From Candidatus Nanohalobium sp. (GTDB lineage Archaea > Nanohalarchaeota > Nanosalinia > Nanosalinales > Nanosalinaceae), in assembly GCA_042216335.1 (NCBI GenBank), contig JBDGTY010000004.1:4475-25535 (forward strand): DNA of 21,061 bases, in the 5' to 3' direction. Below, one piece after another: positions 1 to 8,668 of this stretch. Both the position numbers and the translations under genes were made by a program. The notes beneath the pieces were generated by a model that made no database searches, was not told the origin of the DNA, and worked only from the letters and a program-made list of their open reading frames with translations. Within the stretch, counting starts at the first letter, position 1, and every line of letters starts with the position of its first letter.

Positions 1-650
1 TGCATGATATTCTCCGCTACTTCCTCTGGTTCGTCGGTGATGAGTTTGGCTGCGACAAGTGGCCCGATCGAGTCTCCGATAGGTGCTTCGTCGACGAACG
101 CTCTTGTCGCTCCCTTCTGGCTTTCGGCGAGCTCCTCGTAGATCGGAAGCATCATGTTGATGAGTCCGACCAACTGGAAGTTCTGCGTCTCGTTGATGAG
201 TTCGCGGTAGTGCCTGATGACCTTGAAGATCTGGTGCGTCCCCATGACGCCCTTGAAGGCCATGTTGAGGTCGGCGAGCTCGTCCTCGTCTTCCGTATCT
301 GCGTGGTTCCTGACGAATCGCTTGAACTTGTCCTCCGATGCGTCCAGCACGTTCTCCAGCCTGTCAACCATACCGGCTGGATCGAGCTGTGTAGGGGCGG
401 AGAACTGGAAGTTCTTCATGGATTCAAGCCTCTGCTGGAACTCGTCAGTATCCTTCATCCCGTCCGTGAAAAGTGAGACCGACGTCTGATGGTAATCCTC
501 AATGTCGGCGAGGACCGACCGTAGTTTCCTGTCGGCCTGCCACACCATTATACGCGGCCCGAAAACTATGAGTATCGGGAACAGCAGGAATGAAAGGATT
601 TGAAGTACTTGTATTATCTCGTTGCCTGAACCGATGAAAGGTAGAACCAT
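1..650 (-). CDS. DUF1512-family archaeal membrane-anchored protein (partial, runs off the window start)
   Basis: My own translation from ATG at 650: MVLPFIGSGNEIIQVLQILSFLLFPILIVFG (TM) ... APTQLDPAGMVDRLE ... IFKVIRHY ... PIGDSIGPLVA, motifs I recognise from DUF1512. The frame is open to the window edge. An in-frame ATG also lies at 671, but the TTAAAA box at about 673-678 favours 650. Confidence 0.8.
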   Translation of the reverse strand, partial: MVLPFIGSGNEIIQVLQILSFLLFPILIVFGPRIMVWQADRKLRSVLADIEDYHQTSVSLFTDGMKDTDEFQQRLESMKNFQFSAPTQLDPAGMVDRLENVLDASEDKFKRFVRNHADTEDEDELADLNMAFKGVMGTHQIFKVIRHYRELINETQNFQLVGLINMMLPIYEELAESQKGATRAFVDEAPIGDSIGPLVAAKLITDEPEEVAENIM

Positions 651-851
651 ACCGAGGGATGTAAACTGCATCTTTTTAATGCTTTCAACAGCAGTTCGAG
701 AAAACCCGAATTAATCGAATAATACGTCACGAGGACCTGACGTACAGTTTATTATTCAGAATGCGGACTTCCGTAAATAGCATACTCTAGAGTGATATAC
801 TCACGATAATATTAGAACACTCTTCCCCGGAACCTGGTCAGAAATAGGCTT

Positions 852-1025
852 CTACACTTCACTGCTTTCTCTGGCAGACTCCAGTTGAGAGTTTATGATC
901 TTGTTCTGCTGCCGTGACCACTCCTCATCCGGATGATTCCTGACGTACTCCGCCCAGAGCTTGATGAACTCTTTTCTCTGTTCCTTATTCCTCTCCTTTT
1001 TTTCCTTCAGTTTATCTAAGTTCAT
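852..1025 (-). CDS. Small 57-aa helical protein, partner of the upstream nucleotidyltransferase (not in the ORF track)
   Basis: ATG at 1025 to TAG at 852: MNLDKLKEKKERNKEQRKEFIKLWAEYVRNHPDEEWSRQQNKIINSQLESARESSEV. It overlaps the 3' end of 1012..1590 by 14 nt and has protein-like composition. Confidence 0.75.
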   Translation of the reverse strand: MNLDKLKEKKERNKEQRKEFIKLWAEYVRNHPDEEWSRQQNKIINSQLESARESSEV

Positions 1026-1590
1026 CGAGTTTATCCCCTACATTCATTTTTTCGGCAAATCTTTCAAGCCTTTCCATTTCGAGATCTTCATTGAAAATCC
1101 GATAGAGATGCTGGGCGTCCTCCAGATCTTTTTCCGATCCGAGGAACAGCTTGTAAGCTATCTGCAGTTCTATAGGGCTTATCATGATTTTACTTGAGTT
1201 TATCTCAGCATCTATACTATTCTCGAGAGCTTCACTGTCGAACCTGTCTTCAGGATAGAAGAGTTCGAAGTTTGGGATAACTTTTCCCTCTCTTGCTATA
1301 CGTGGCGCGATACCTTCCTCTAGCATGTCAGGAATCCTATCTATTTCTTCATTTATACACCAGTAACTGTTTTCTTCAAGTCTTTCAGCCAATTCAGCTG
1401 CTTTTCCCTCTTCAATAAGTACATCTACATCCTCTGTTCCTCGACTGCGGCCTGTAAGAATAGCCACATAACCACTGACGATAACATAGTCTATTCCCTC
1501 TTCCTCAAGAACTGAGACAAAATCGAGAACCTCACGGTCCAGTTCAGATTTCTCCCGATTTATCTCAAGAGAATCTTCATGCAACTTCAT
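1012..1590 (-). CDS. Pol-beta-superfamily nucleotidyltransferase (AbiEii/DUF6036-like)
   Basis: Motif YVIVSGYVAILTGRSRGTEDVDVLI (SG...T-x-D-x-D) plus C-terminal IAYKL...EKDLED, typical of AbiEii-like NTases. Acidic protein. Confidence 0.7.
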   Translation of the reverse strand: MKLHEDSLEINREKSELDREVLDFVSVLEEEGIDYVIVSGYVAILTGRSRGTEDVDVLIEEGKAAELAERLEENSYWCINEEIDRIPDMLEEGIAPRIAREGKVIPNFELFYPEDRFDSEALENSIDAEINSSKIMISPIELQIAYKLFLGSEKDLEDAQHLYRIFNEDLEMERLERFAEKMNVGDKLDELR

Positions 1591-1614
1591 ACAAAAACTT
1601 TAATCTTCAGGGTT

Positions 1615-2175
1615 TTATCCCTTCTGCTTTACCTCCGCGATAACCGCCCTGACTTCTTCCTCCGTTGGAGAGCTCCTCTTCAGCAGTTCCATGGTATTCT
1701 CCCCGACGTCTTTCTGGATGGCCTCAAGTTTTCCGACTCCGGCCTCTCCTTCCTCATGGGTGTAGAAGCTGTGCATCAGTATAGCGGCGGCGTGGCTCTG
1801 GTTCACCGAGTCGTATTCACCGGTCTCTATGTGGACTGTTGCGTCGCATTTCTCCAGTTCTTCGTTCGTGAGTCCGGAGCTTTCCCGTCCGATGACGAGC
1901 GAGGTGTTTTCACGCGGCTTAAACTGTTTCAGAGGCGATCCTCTTCCGGGTTTGGTGCCGACCACGTGCTCAAGGTCCTCGATCGCTTCCTGGAAGCTTT
2001 CGTATATCCTTGCTTCGCGGATCTTTTCCTGTGCGTTGTTGGCAGTTTTTCGGGCTTCGGAGAGATTGAAGCCGGGATTGACGATGCGGAGGTCGGCGTC
2101 AAAGTTCTCACATAGTCGTGCGATAAATCCCGTGTTTTCAGGTTGTTCAGGTTCGACCAGGACGAGTTTCTCCAT
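1615..2175 (-). CDS. trmJ: SPOUT tRNA 2'-O-methyltransferase, TrmJ/TrmH family
   Basis: VLVEPEQPENTGFIARLCENF, VIGRESSGLTNEEL and YDSVNQSHAAAI match the TrmJ SPOUT motifs. Confidence 0.85.
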   Translation of the reverse strand: MEKLVLVEPEQPENTGFIARLCENFDADLRIVNPGFNLSEARKTANNAQEKIREARIYESFQEAIEDLEHVVGTKPGRGSPLKQFKPRENTSLVIGRESSGLTNEELEKCDATVHIETGEYDSVNQSHAAAILMHSFYTHEEGEAGVGKLEAIQKDVGENTMELLKRSSPTEEEVRAVIAEVKQKG

Positions 2176-2201
2176 GCAGAAAAGATGTCTCTGAATGCTT
2201 T

Positions 2202-2879
2202 TTAGTTTCCGCCGTAGGTGGTTTTTCCTGCGGTGAGTGTAGCGACTTTTCCGTCGATGACGAGTGTGCTGTTGCCAGGGTAGATCATTATGTCGCCAGT
2301 GAAGGAGTTGATGTTCAGGTTCTTTTCCTGCGTGTTGATGGGGAAGTCCGAGTTTCCAGCCGGTGCGACGGATGCGCTTTTGAACTTGATAGGAGTCTTA
2401 ACCGTGTTCTCGACGCGGATGAGGTGTGTCTGGACTTCTGTGTCGAGGCTGAGGTCTGTTGTGAGGTTGACGCCGCTTGTTTTCAGTCCTGCGGCTGCCC
2501 CGCTTATCTTTGATGTGTTGCCGAACCTTACTTTTCCGTTGAAGTTCTTGAACTGTATCTCCTGGTCGGAGTCTATCTTCATCGACCTGGAGTTTATCCG
2601 TGTCAGGTTCTGGGCTTCGAGCATAGCCGAGTTGATCTTTACTTCTGCCGAGCCCTGTACGGTTATACGTGCCTTGACGTCGTTTTTCGGTACAGGTTTC
2701 TCGAAGAATCCTCCGATAACCGGTACTTTCTGGAGAAGAGAGTTTGATGAAGGTGTTGAGATGCCCGGTGCCTCGGCCGTTACCTGTCTAACATCCGAGG
2801 TCGAGAACATCCCCCCACTCGTACCGGCGAAAACTGCGGCAAGTGAGGCGAGTACCGCGGCCAGGATTTTTGCGTCCAT
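2202..2879 (-). CDS. Secreted or membrane-anchored beta-rich hypothetical protein
   Basis: 225-aa ORF with an N-terminal hydrophobic segment (ILAAVLASLAAVFAG), S/T/N-rich, with several N-x-S/T sequons. Co-oriented with neighbours. Confidence 0.7.
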   Translation of the reverse strand: MDAKILAAVLASLAAVFAGTSGGMFSTSDVRQVTAEAPGISTPSSNSLLQKVPVIGGFFEKPVPKNDVKARITVQGSAEVKINSAMLEAQNLTRINSRSMKIDSDQEIQFKNFNGKVRFGNTSKISGAAAGLKTSGVNLTTDLSLDTEVQTHLIRVENTVKTPIKFKSASVAPAGNSDFPINTQEKNLNINSFTGDIMIYPGNSTLVIDGKVATLTAGKTTYGGN

Positions 2880-2903
2880 AAGAATTAGTTGATCTGGACG
2901 TTT

Positions 2904-3392
2904 TTAATCTTCGTCACTGTCTTCTCCATCTTTGTCCTTGTTCCCGAGGATGACCTCTTTCGTGGACTTGTCCCCTTTATCTTTCTTGTCTTTCTCGACC
3001 TGGTCTCTGTCAACGTAGCTCTTCCGTTTCTGCCTTTCCTCGATTTTCTCCCAGATGTATTCGAACGGCTTCGCCACCGTCTTGGCGACGTGGTACGGTA
3101 TCGGTATGACTGTCGAGCCCACCTTGTAGAGCGAGGCCAGGAGGCTGTAAACCATGTAGAGCGATGCTCCAAGGAATGAGAACAGCAGGAGATCGTTGAT
3201 GTCGATCGGGCCGCCCTGCATGTACTTCAGTGTGACGTAGAATGCTCCTGAGAGCAGTGTGACGATGACCGTCTCGAAAACCATCTCCATAAGTTTGAAG
3301 GCGATGACGAGCGCCAGTATCAGGGCTACGACCAGGAGTATGCTTATGCCGCTGCCCTGTGTCTGTACCGCGTTTATTATCTGGTCTATCAC
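2904..3392 (-). CDS. Integral membrane hypothetical protein (about 3 TM, charged C-tail)
   Basis: Three hydrophobic helices and a K/D/E-rich tail. The GTG start overlaps the TGA of the upstream gene (GTGA at 3389-3392). Confidence 0.75.
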   Translation of the reverse strand: MIDQIINAVQTQGSGISILLVVALILALVIAFKLMEMVFETVIVTLLSGAFYVTLKYMQGGPIDINDLLLFSFLGASLYMVYSLLASLYKVGSTVIPIPYHVAKTVAKPFEYIWEKIEERQKRKSYVDRDQVEKDKKDKGDKSTKEVILGNKDKDGEDSDED

Positions 3393-6034
3393 TGTCCCTC
3401 ACCGAGTACGTCGTATAGCGGGTCGCCTTCCTCAGGCACGTAGCTCGTGAAGAAGACGAAACCTATTATCAGTAACAGGATCACGATACCTGCGATCGGA
3501 AGGATCGGGATCCCTCCGCCGCTCTGATTTTGCTGTTGCTGGTCATCCGGGCCTCCGGGGCTTCCCGTTCCCGTGTCGTTGTTGTTTCCTCCGGTGTTCG
3601 GATCCTGGAAGTTGTTCTGCACCTGAGCAGTCACCGGGATCGTCCTCTGCATACTTCCCGCTGTCACCGTAACCGAGCCGGCGCTCGATGAAACGCCGTT
3701 GAACGTGAGTACCAGAGTCCTGCTGCTCCCCGCAGAGATGCTGTCAACTGCAGTTGCGGAGACATCGTAGACGCTGGAGCTTACTGAAACAGGTGATAGC
3801 GCCTGATCTCCGTTGTTTTCCAATGTTATTGTTGCCGAGCCTACTGCCCCGCTTGTGATCTCCCCCAGGCTGATGGAGGAAGGTGTGACAGTCAGTGTTT
3901 GTTCGGTCTGTCCTCCTGTACCCTGGTTTCCTGTGCTGTTCTGTGCAGGGTTGCCGGCTCCCAGATCCGCGATCAGTGTGGTGTCAAGTTCCAGTCTTTC
4001 GCCAGCCTCTGTCGTGAAGACGATCTGGCCGCTGTACTGTCCGGTGGTCTCCGGTGTGTAGGTGAATGTGATATCCTTTTTCTGATCCAGTGTCATGTTG
4101 GTCCTGTTTCCTTCTACCTGCATGTACTGCCCGACCTCTCCCTCGATCGTGACGTTGAAATCTACAGTCTGATCGACCGGCCCGATGTTCCTCAGCGTGA
4201 TGGTCTTCAGTATATCTTCCGTGTTCTCGGCGTTAACCTCTATGCCGCTGGCGGTCTCGCTGCAGATGTCGCCGGCCTCGACCTTGCAGTCCGCAGCGTT
4301 CACGTTAACGTTGAGTGTCTCCGAGTAGTTCGTGTCAGGATCAGTTAAAGTTACACTCCCGGAGACATCCGACAGAGTTGTCAGGTTCACAGCGAACTCC
4401 AGGACGTCACTTCCCGAAGCCGGGATGTCAACCGTTGAGTTAGTCAATTCTACTTCACTCGGCAGATCGGTTGAGACGTCAAGTGTGTTCGACGCCTCTA
4501 TCTCGTTCTGGATATCGACATAGAACATCTCCTTCTGAAGTCTATTAACCGGGAACTCCACGCTATCCGGAACCGTGAAGGTAGCGTCCTGGCTCTTCAC
4601 GTTGAAGCCCGAGGTCGAGAACTGCGTCTCGCCGTAGATATTCGTGGCGTTGACCTCTACGGTGTAGCTGCCCGTCGGCATATCCGAAGTTATCAGGGTC
4701 TCGGCCGTCATAACACCGTTCGCGATATCGTACGTTAGCTCGCTCATCGAAAAGCTTTCGACCATACTCCCGGAAGGATTGAAGACCGAGACGTTGATCA
4801 TCTGGAACCGGTCCTTGCTGTAAGAGTTCAGGGAGTACGGCTTGCCCAGGAAGATCCTGAGTTTGTAGTTGTTGCCGGTGTAGGCCGTCGGAGTACTCCT
4901 GTCCTCGATCTTGAAAGGCCTGAAAGTAACGTTTCTCCTGTCGACATGCCAGCGGTCATCGTTTGATGCATTGAACTTGAACCCGACCTTCTTCATGTAC
5001 CGGGAGGTATTCAGGTCAGGGATCTGGATCTCACCCGTGAAAACACCTGAACCTTGAGAAGAAAGAGTCATGTTCTTCAGGAGATGCCGACCCGACGAAT
5101 TAAACGCGTACATCGAAAGGTTCACCTGATCGGCAGCCGAATTAGTGATATTGTACTCGACCGAGATGTTCGCTCCTGCCTCACAGCTACCGACCATCGA
5201 CTCAGTCCTGCAGCCGTTGGAGGAGCTGAAACCGGTGATATCCCCCGAGATCGCCGGCGCCGTACTCAGGATACGCGAATACGTGCCGTGCTGGCCTGAG
5301 GATGACGTCGCCTTGACATGCATGACGTACTCGGAGTCTGTGGAGTGCGGGAACTCGACCTCGGCGTTGTAGAAGTAGTTCTCCTGAGAGTTATAGTTAT
5401 CCAGCATGAAAGAGTTACCTGGCTCGGAGAAACTGGCCCTGCCAGAGGCGTTGCCGTAGAAGACCTCGACACTCGCCTGAGTATCATCCAGGTAGTTGCC
5501 TGAAGAGGTGTTCAGTACCCGGACATCAAGCTTGTACTGCTTCCCTGCCTTCACGTCACCTTTCTCGTTCTCCATACCGGCGATATCGGTCAGGACCTCG
5601 ACCTTGAGTTCACCCACGTTCAGATCGTCTGTAAGGTTCGCAGGGCCATTGGAAGGCACCTCCGGGGAAAGAGTGGTGCCTGTCGCGTTGTACTTAATCA
5701 TGTCGCCACGCGTAAAGTTGGGCTGGAAATCAGCGTACCAGTAACCGCCGTAGAAGTAATCGAGAAGCGATGCGTTGGCGGAAGTATTGTAGTAATATTT
5801 TATATCCTCGATATCCGACTGGTTCAGGTTGCTCGGCACTACAGCGTTCCAGTTACCGGTCTCAGGATCCTGATACTGTAGCCTAACTACCTGAACGGTT
5901 GAGGTGTTCACACCTGTCTGACCCAGCGAGAAATCAGTGTTTACATCCTGCATCCTCCAGTCGGCCGCAGCCATCGAAACAAAACCGAAAACCAAAGCGA
6001 AAACCAGCAACGCTTTACTCTTCTGAATGTGCAT
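3389..6034 (-). CDS. Large cell-surface glycoprotein (Ig-like beta domains, Sec signal, C-terminal TM anchor)
   Basis: Signal peptide MHIQKSKALLVFALVFGFVSMAAA, more than 20 N-x-S/T sequons, Ig/ASH-like segments (TLRNIG, TLENNG), G/N/Q/T linkers and a C-terminal TM IPILPIAGIVILLLIIGFVFF. Confidence 0.85.
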   Translation of the reverse strand: MHIQKSKALLVFALVFGFVSMAAADWRMQDVNTDFSLGQTGVNTSTVQVVRLQYQDPETGNWNAVVPSNLNQSDIEDIKYYYNTSANASLLDYFYGGYWYADFQPNFTRGDMIKYNATGTTLSPEVPSNGPANLTDDLNVGELKVEVLTDIAGMENEKGDVKAGKQYKLDVRVLNTSSGNYLDDTQASVEVFYGNASGRASFSEPGNSFMLDNYNSQENYFYNAEVEFPHSTDSEYVMHVKATSSSGQHGTYSRILSTAPAISGDITGFSSSNGCRTESMVGSCEAGANISVEYNITNSAADQVNLSMYAFNSSGRHLLKNMTLSSQGSGVFTGEIQIPDLNTSRYMKKVGFKFNASNDDRWHVDRRNVTFRPFKIEDRSTPTAYTGNNYKLRIFLGKPYSLNSYSKDRFQMINVSVFNPSGSMVESFSMSELTYDIANGVMTAETLITSDMPTGSYTVEVNATNIYGETQFSTSGFNVKSQDATFTVPDSVEFPVNRLQKEMFYVDIQNEIEASNTLDVSTDLPSEVELTNSTVDIPASGSDVLEFAVNLTTLSDVSGSVTLTDPDTNYSETLNVNVNAADCKVEAGDICSETASGIEVNAENTEDILKTITLRNIGPVDQTVDFNVTIEGEVGQYMQVEGNRTNMTLDQKKDITFTYTPETTGQYSGQIVFTTEAGERLELDTTLIADLGAGNPAQNSTGNQGTGGQTEQTLTVTPSSISLGEITSGAVGSATITLENNGDQALSPVSVSSSVYDVSATAVDSISAGSSRTLVLTFNGVSSSAGSVTVTAGSMQRTIPVTAQVQNNFQDPNTGGNNNDTGTGSPGGPDDQQQQNQSGGGIPILPIAGIVILLLIIGFVFFTSYVPEEGDPLYDVLGEGQ

Positions 6035-6070
6035 ACAACACGATTAACAAACTACCGTTAAAAAATCTAC

Positions 6071-6592
6071 TCAAAATTCGAACAGGAACACCGTCTCAAA
6101 CCATAGATTCTCCCTGTCAACCTCGGAAAGACCAAACCTCTCAACCACTTCATCGTAGCCAGTCCTGTCACTCAACACGACCCAGGCCCGACCATCCACT
6201 GAAAGATAATCCGGCACCTGCTCCAGAAACCTCTCAGCAACCTCAAGGCCTGTCTCTCCGCCACGCCACATCTCCTCATCGCCTACGCCTTCAGGCCCCG
6301 AAAGATACGGTGGATTAAACACGATGAAATCAAACTCCCCTTCAACACTTTCGAAAATATCACTTCGGAAGACCTCAGCCTCAAGGCCTTCCTTCTCGAA
6401 ACGTTCCCGGGCATGGTGAACAGCCTCAGGATCGATGTCAACAGCAGTAACGGCCGCTCCATTCTTCGCAGCCGTTATCGATACCTCAGCGTTTCCGACA
6501 CCGACCTCCAGAAACTTCGTATCATCTAATCCTTGATCCTCTAAATTCCTTTTGACCAGAAGCGTGTCCTCACGGACGGGATATACTGTCAA
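6071..6592 (-). CDS. hemK: HemK2/N6AMT1-like (release factor glutamine) methyltransferase
   Basis: VYPVREDTLL, FLEVGVGNA (SAM binding), FNPPY and W-x-GG-x-x-G motifs. The ORF extends to ATG 6634, but TTG at 6592 (after GGAG and the upstream stop) is the likelier start. Confidence 0.85.
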   Translation of the reverse strand: MTVYPVREDTLLVKRNLEDQGLDDTKFLEVGVGNAEVSITAAKNGAAVTAVDIDPEAVHHARERFEKEGLEAEVFRSDIFESVEGEFDFIVFNPPYLSGPEGVGDEEMWRGGETGLEVAERFLEQVPDYLSVDGRAWVVLSDRTGYDEVVERFGLSEVDRENLWFETVFLFEF

Positions 6593-6593
6593 A

Positions 6594-6836
6594 TCATTCA
6601 ACTCCTTCAATCCTTTCCTCAAGCTCAAGCTCATTTTTTCCGGAGGTGCCCCATTTAGCCACCACCCAGACAGAGGTCAGAAAAATAAAGCCCCAAGCAA
6701 GCGTAGCATACTCTTGAGGTACATAAAGCTCGAAAAGACCACTAATCACCCCCTCCAGTGAAAAAACTATGATAACCGGCCCTACGACCTCTCGCGGCAA
6801 AAAATGATCCAAGTAAATTTTCAACCTATCTCGCAT
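6594..6836 (-). CDS. Small 2-TM membrane protein (80 aa)
   Basis: Starts at ATG 6836 (MRDRLKIYLD...). The ORF-track extension to 6965 overlaps the tRNA and is spurious. Two hydrophobic segments and an acidic tail. Confidence 0.6.
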   Translation of the reverse strand: MRDRLKIYLDHFLPREVVGPVIIVFSLEGVISGLFELYVPQEYATLAWGFIFLTSVWVVAKWGTSGKNELELEERIEGVE

Positions 6837-6886
6837 GAAAGACACTTTATACAAAAACGGATTTAACTCTCGAGAAGAACGAAAAG

Positions 6887-7025
6887 TGCGGCCGCCGGGA
6901 TTTGAACCCGGGTCTACGCCTAACTCCTCACAGCTTTCAGGGAAAGAAAGCCGCTTGACCGCCAAATCTGGCGATTATTCGGTGTCGAGAGGGCGTGATG
7001 ATTGGCCAGACTACACTACGGCCGC
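6887..7025 (-). tRNA. tRNA-Glu(CTC) with a 64-nt intron (6922..6985) at canonical position 37/38
   Basis: Acceptor stem GCGGCCG/CGGCCGC plus discriminator A, D arm GTGTAGTCTGGCCAATCAT, anticodon stem ACGCC/GGCGT with loop CT-CTC-G|A, T arm CCGGG TTCAAAT CCCGG. Exons total 75 nt and CCA is not encoded. Confidence 0.93.
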
Positions 7026-7048
7026 CTGTCAACAGGAAAGAAAGAAGA

Positions 7049-7063
7049 GGTTAAAGTTAAATT
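7049..7063 (-). promoter_or_regulatory. Probable TATA-box promoter of tRNA-Glu
   Basis: Minus strand AATTTAACTTTAACC lies about 25-38 nt upstream of the tRNA 5' end. Confidence 0.45.
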
Positions 7064-7071
7064 AGGAGACC

Positions 7072-8637
7072 TCAGCTGAGAGACCTGACGAACGCATCGT
7101 AAAGGGGGTTCGGCTCCTCGAAAGTTGAGTTGAACTCAGGATGGGCCTGAGTGCCGATGAAAAACGGGTGCTCCGGAAGTTCGACATACTCTGCCAGTTC
7201 CCCATTCTGGGTTTTGCCCGAGATATTCAGTCCGTTACTCTCCAGTTTTTTGTGATACTCCGGGTTGACTTCGTATCTGTGTCTGTGCCTCTCGGAGGCT
7301 TCTTCCTTTCCGTATATCTCCTTGACTTCTCCTGAGAGCTGCGCTGTGTAGCTGCCGAGACGCATCGTCCCTCCTTTCTGGTCGATTCCCTCCTGGTCAG
7401 GCATCTGCTTCACGACAAACTTTTGATCATCTTCCCCAAATTCTTCGGAAGCCGCATCGATACCGAGTTCGTTTCTGGCGAACTCGACGACCATCAACTG
7501 GAGGCCGTAGCAGAGTCCGAGCACAGGGATATCGTTTTTCCTGCAGTACTCAATGGCCTCTATCTTGCCTTCGATCCCTCTGCTGCCGAAACCACCGGGA
7601 ATGACGACTCCATCAAGTCCTTCAAGGCTTGCCGGGTCGAAGTCCTCAGTATTAATATATTCTATTCCTATTTCCCCTCCTTCCTCGACGGCTGCATGTT
7701 TCAGTGCTTCCTCAACCGAAGCGTAGCTGTCCTCCATGTCCATGTACTTGCCGCATATCCCTACTGTGGCGATCTCGCCATTTTCCAGGGCTTCTACCCG
7801 GGACTCCCAGTCCTCCAGGTCTCCGGTCTTCTCAGGCAACTCCATCTTTCCCGATATTATCTCGTCAACATTCTGGTTTCTGAACTTCAGTGGCAGTTCA
7901 TAGACGCTCTCCATGTTGGGGTCAGAGATGACCGCTTCCTCCTCCACATCGCAGAATAATGCTATCTTCTCCCGGACATCTTCACCGAGGTCCTCCTCAC
8001 TTCTTCCAACTATCATATCGGGGGAAAGACCTGTCTCCCTCAGTTCTTTGACGGAGTGCTGCGTCGGCTTGGTCTTCTGCTCACCAGTTGTTTCCAGATA
8101 CGGGACGAGAGTAGTATGTATCAGGAACGTGTCTTCGTCTGGTAGTTCGGATCTCAGCTGTCTAACAGTCTCCAGGTAAAGCATGTTCTCGATATCACCA
8201 ACGGTGCCACCAACTTCAACGATGACGATGTCGGCATCTTCCTCTTCTGCGGAATCCTCCCAGTTATCCCTGATCTGATTCGTCACATGTGGAACCATCT
8301 GAACGGTTTTCCCAAGGTAGTCTCCGTTCCTTTCCCTGTCGATTACTTCCTGGAAGATCTTTCCCGATGTCAGGTTCCAGTCACCCTTACCCTTTACTCC
8401 GAGGAATCTTTCGTAGTGGCCGAAGTCCATGTCGACCTCGGTGCCGTCTTCAAGGACGTAGACCTCTCCGTGTTCGTGCGGATTCATGGTGCCAGGGTCG
8501 ACGTTGAGGTAGCCGTCGCACTTGATCGGCACGACTTCCTGATCCCTGAGCTGTAGGAGTTTGGAGACACTTGCGGACACGAGACCCTTCCCGAGCCCGG
8601 AAAGAACACCGCCGGTAACGAAAATCCACTTCGGCAT
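7072..8637 (-). CDS. pyrG: CTP synthase
   Basis: IFVTGGVLSGLGKG, YLNVDPGTMNPHEHGEVYV, KTKPTQHSV, glutaminase GLCYG and ERHRHRYE, QAHPEF. Confidence 0.98.
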   Translation of the reverse strand: MPKWIFVTGGVLSGLGKGLVSASVSKLLQLRDQEVVPIKCDGYLNVDPGTMNPHEHGEVYVLEDGTEVDMDFGHYERFLGVKGKGDWNLTSGKIFQEVIDRERNGDYLGKTVQMVPHVTNQIRDNWEDSAEEEDADIVIVEVGGTVGDIENMLYLETVRQLRSELPDEDTFLIHTTLVPYLETTGEQKTKPTQHSVKELRETGLSPDMIVGRSEEDLGEDVREKIALFCDVEEEAVISDPNMESVYELPLKFRNQNVDEIISGKMELPEKTGDLEDWESRVEALENGEIATVGICGKYMDMEDSYASVEEALKHAAVEEGGEIGIEYINTEDFDPASLEGLDGVVIPGGFGSRGIEGKIEAIEYCRKNDIPVLGLCYGLQLMVVEFARNELGIDAASEEFGEDDQKFVVKQMPDQEGIDQKGGTMRLGSYTAQLSGEVKEIYGKEEASERHRHRYEVNPEYHKKLESNGLNISGKTQNGELAEYVELPEHPFFIGTQAHPEFNSTFEEPNPLYDAFVRSLS

Positions 8638-8668
8638 AACAGAATTACATCAACCGGGAATATATAAT

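Noticed and set aside
3515-3625. Low-complexity GTT/GCT-type repeats
   Set aside because: They encode the N/Q/G linker of the surface glycoprotein and are not a DNA repeat element.
6922-6985. Possible C/D-box guide RNA inside the tRNA intron, as in haloarchaeal tRNA-Trp
   Set aside because: Only a single CUGA is present and there is no box C (RUGAUGA).
6837-7065. ORF-track proteins overlapping the tRNA (5' extension of 6594..6965 and 6835..7065 +)
   Set aside because: They overlap a well-formed tRNA-Glu gene and are translation artefacts.
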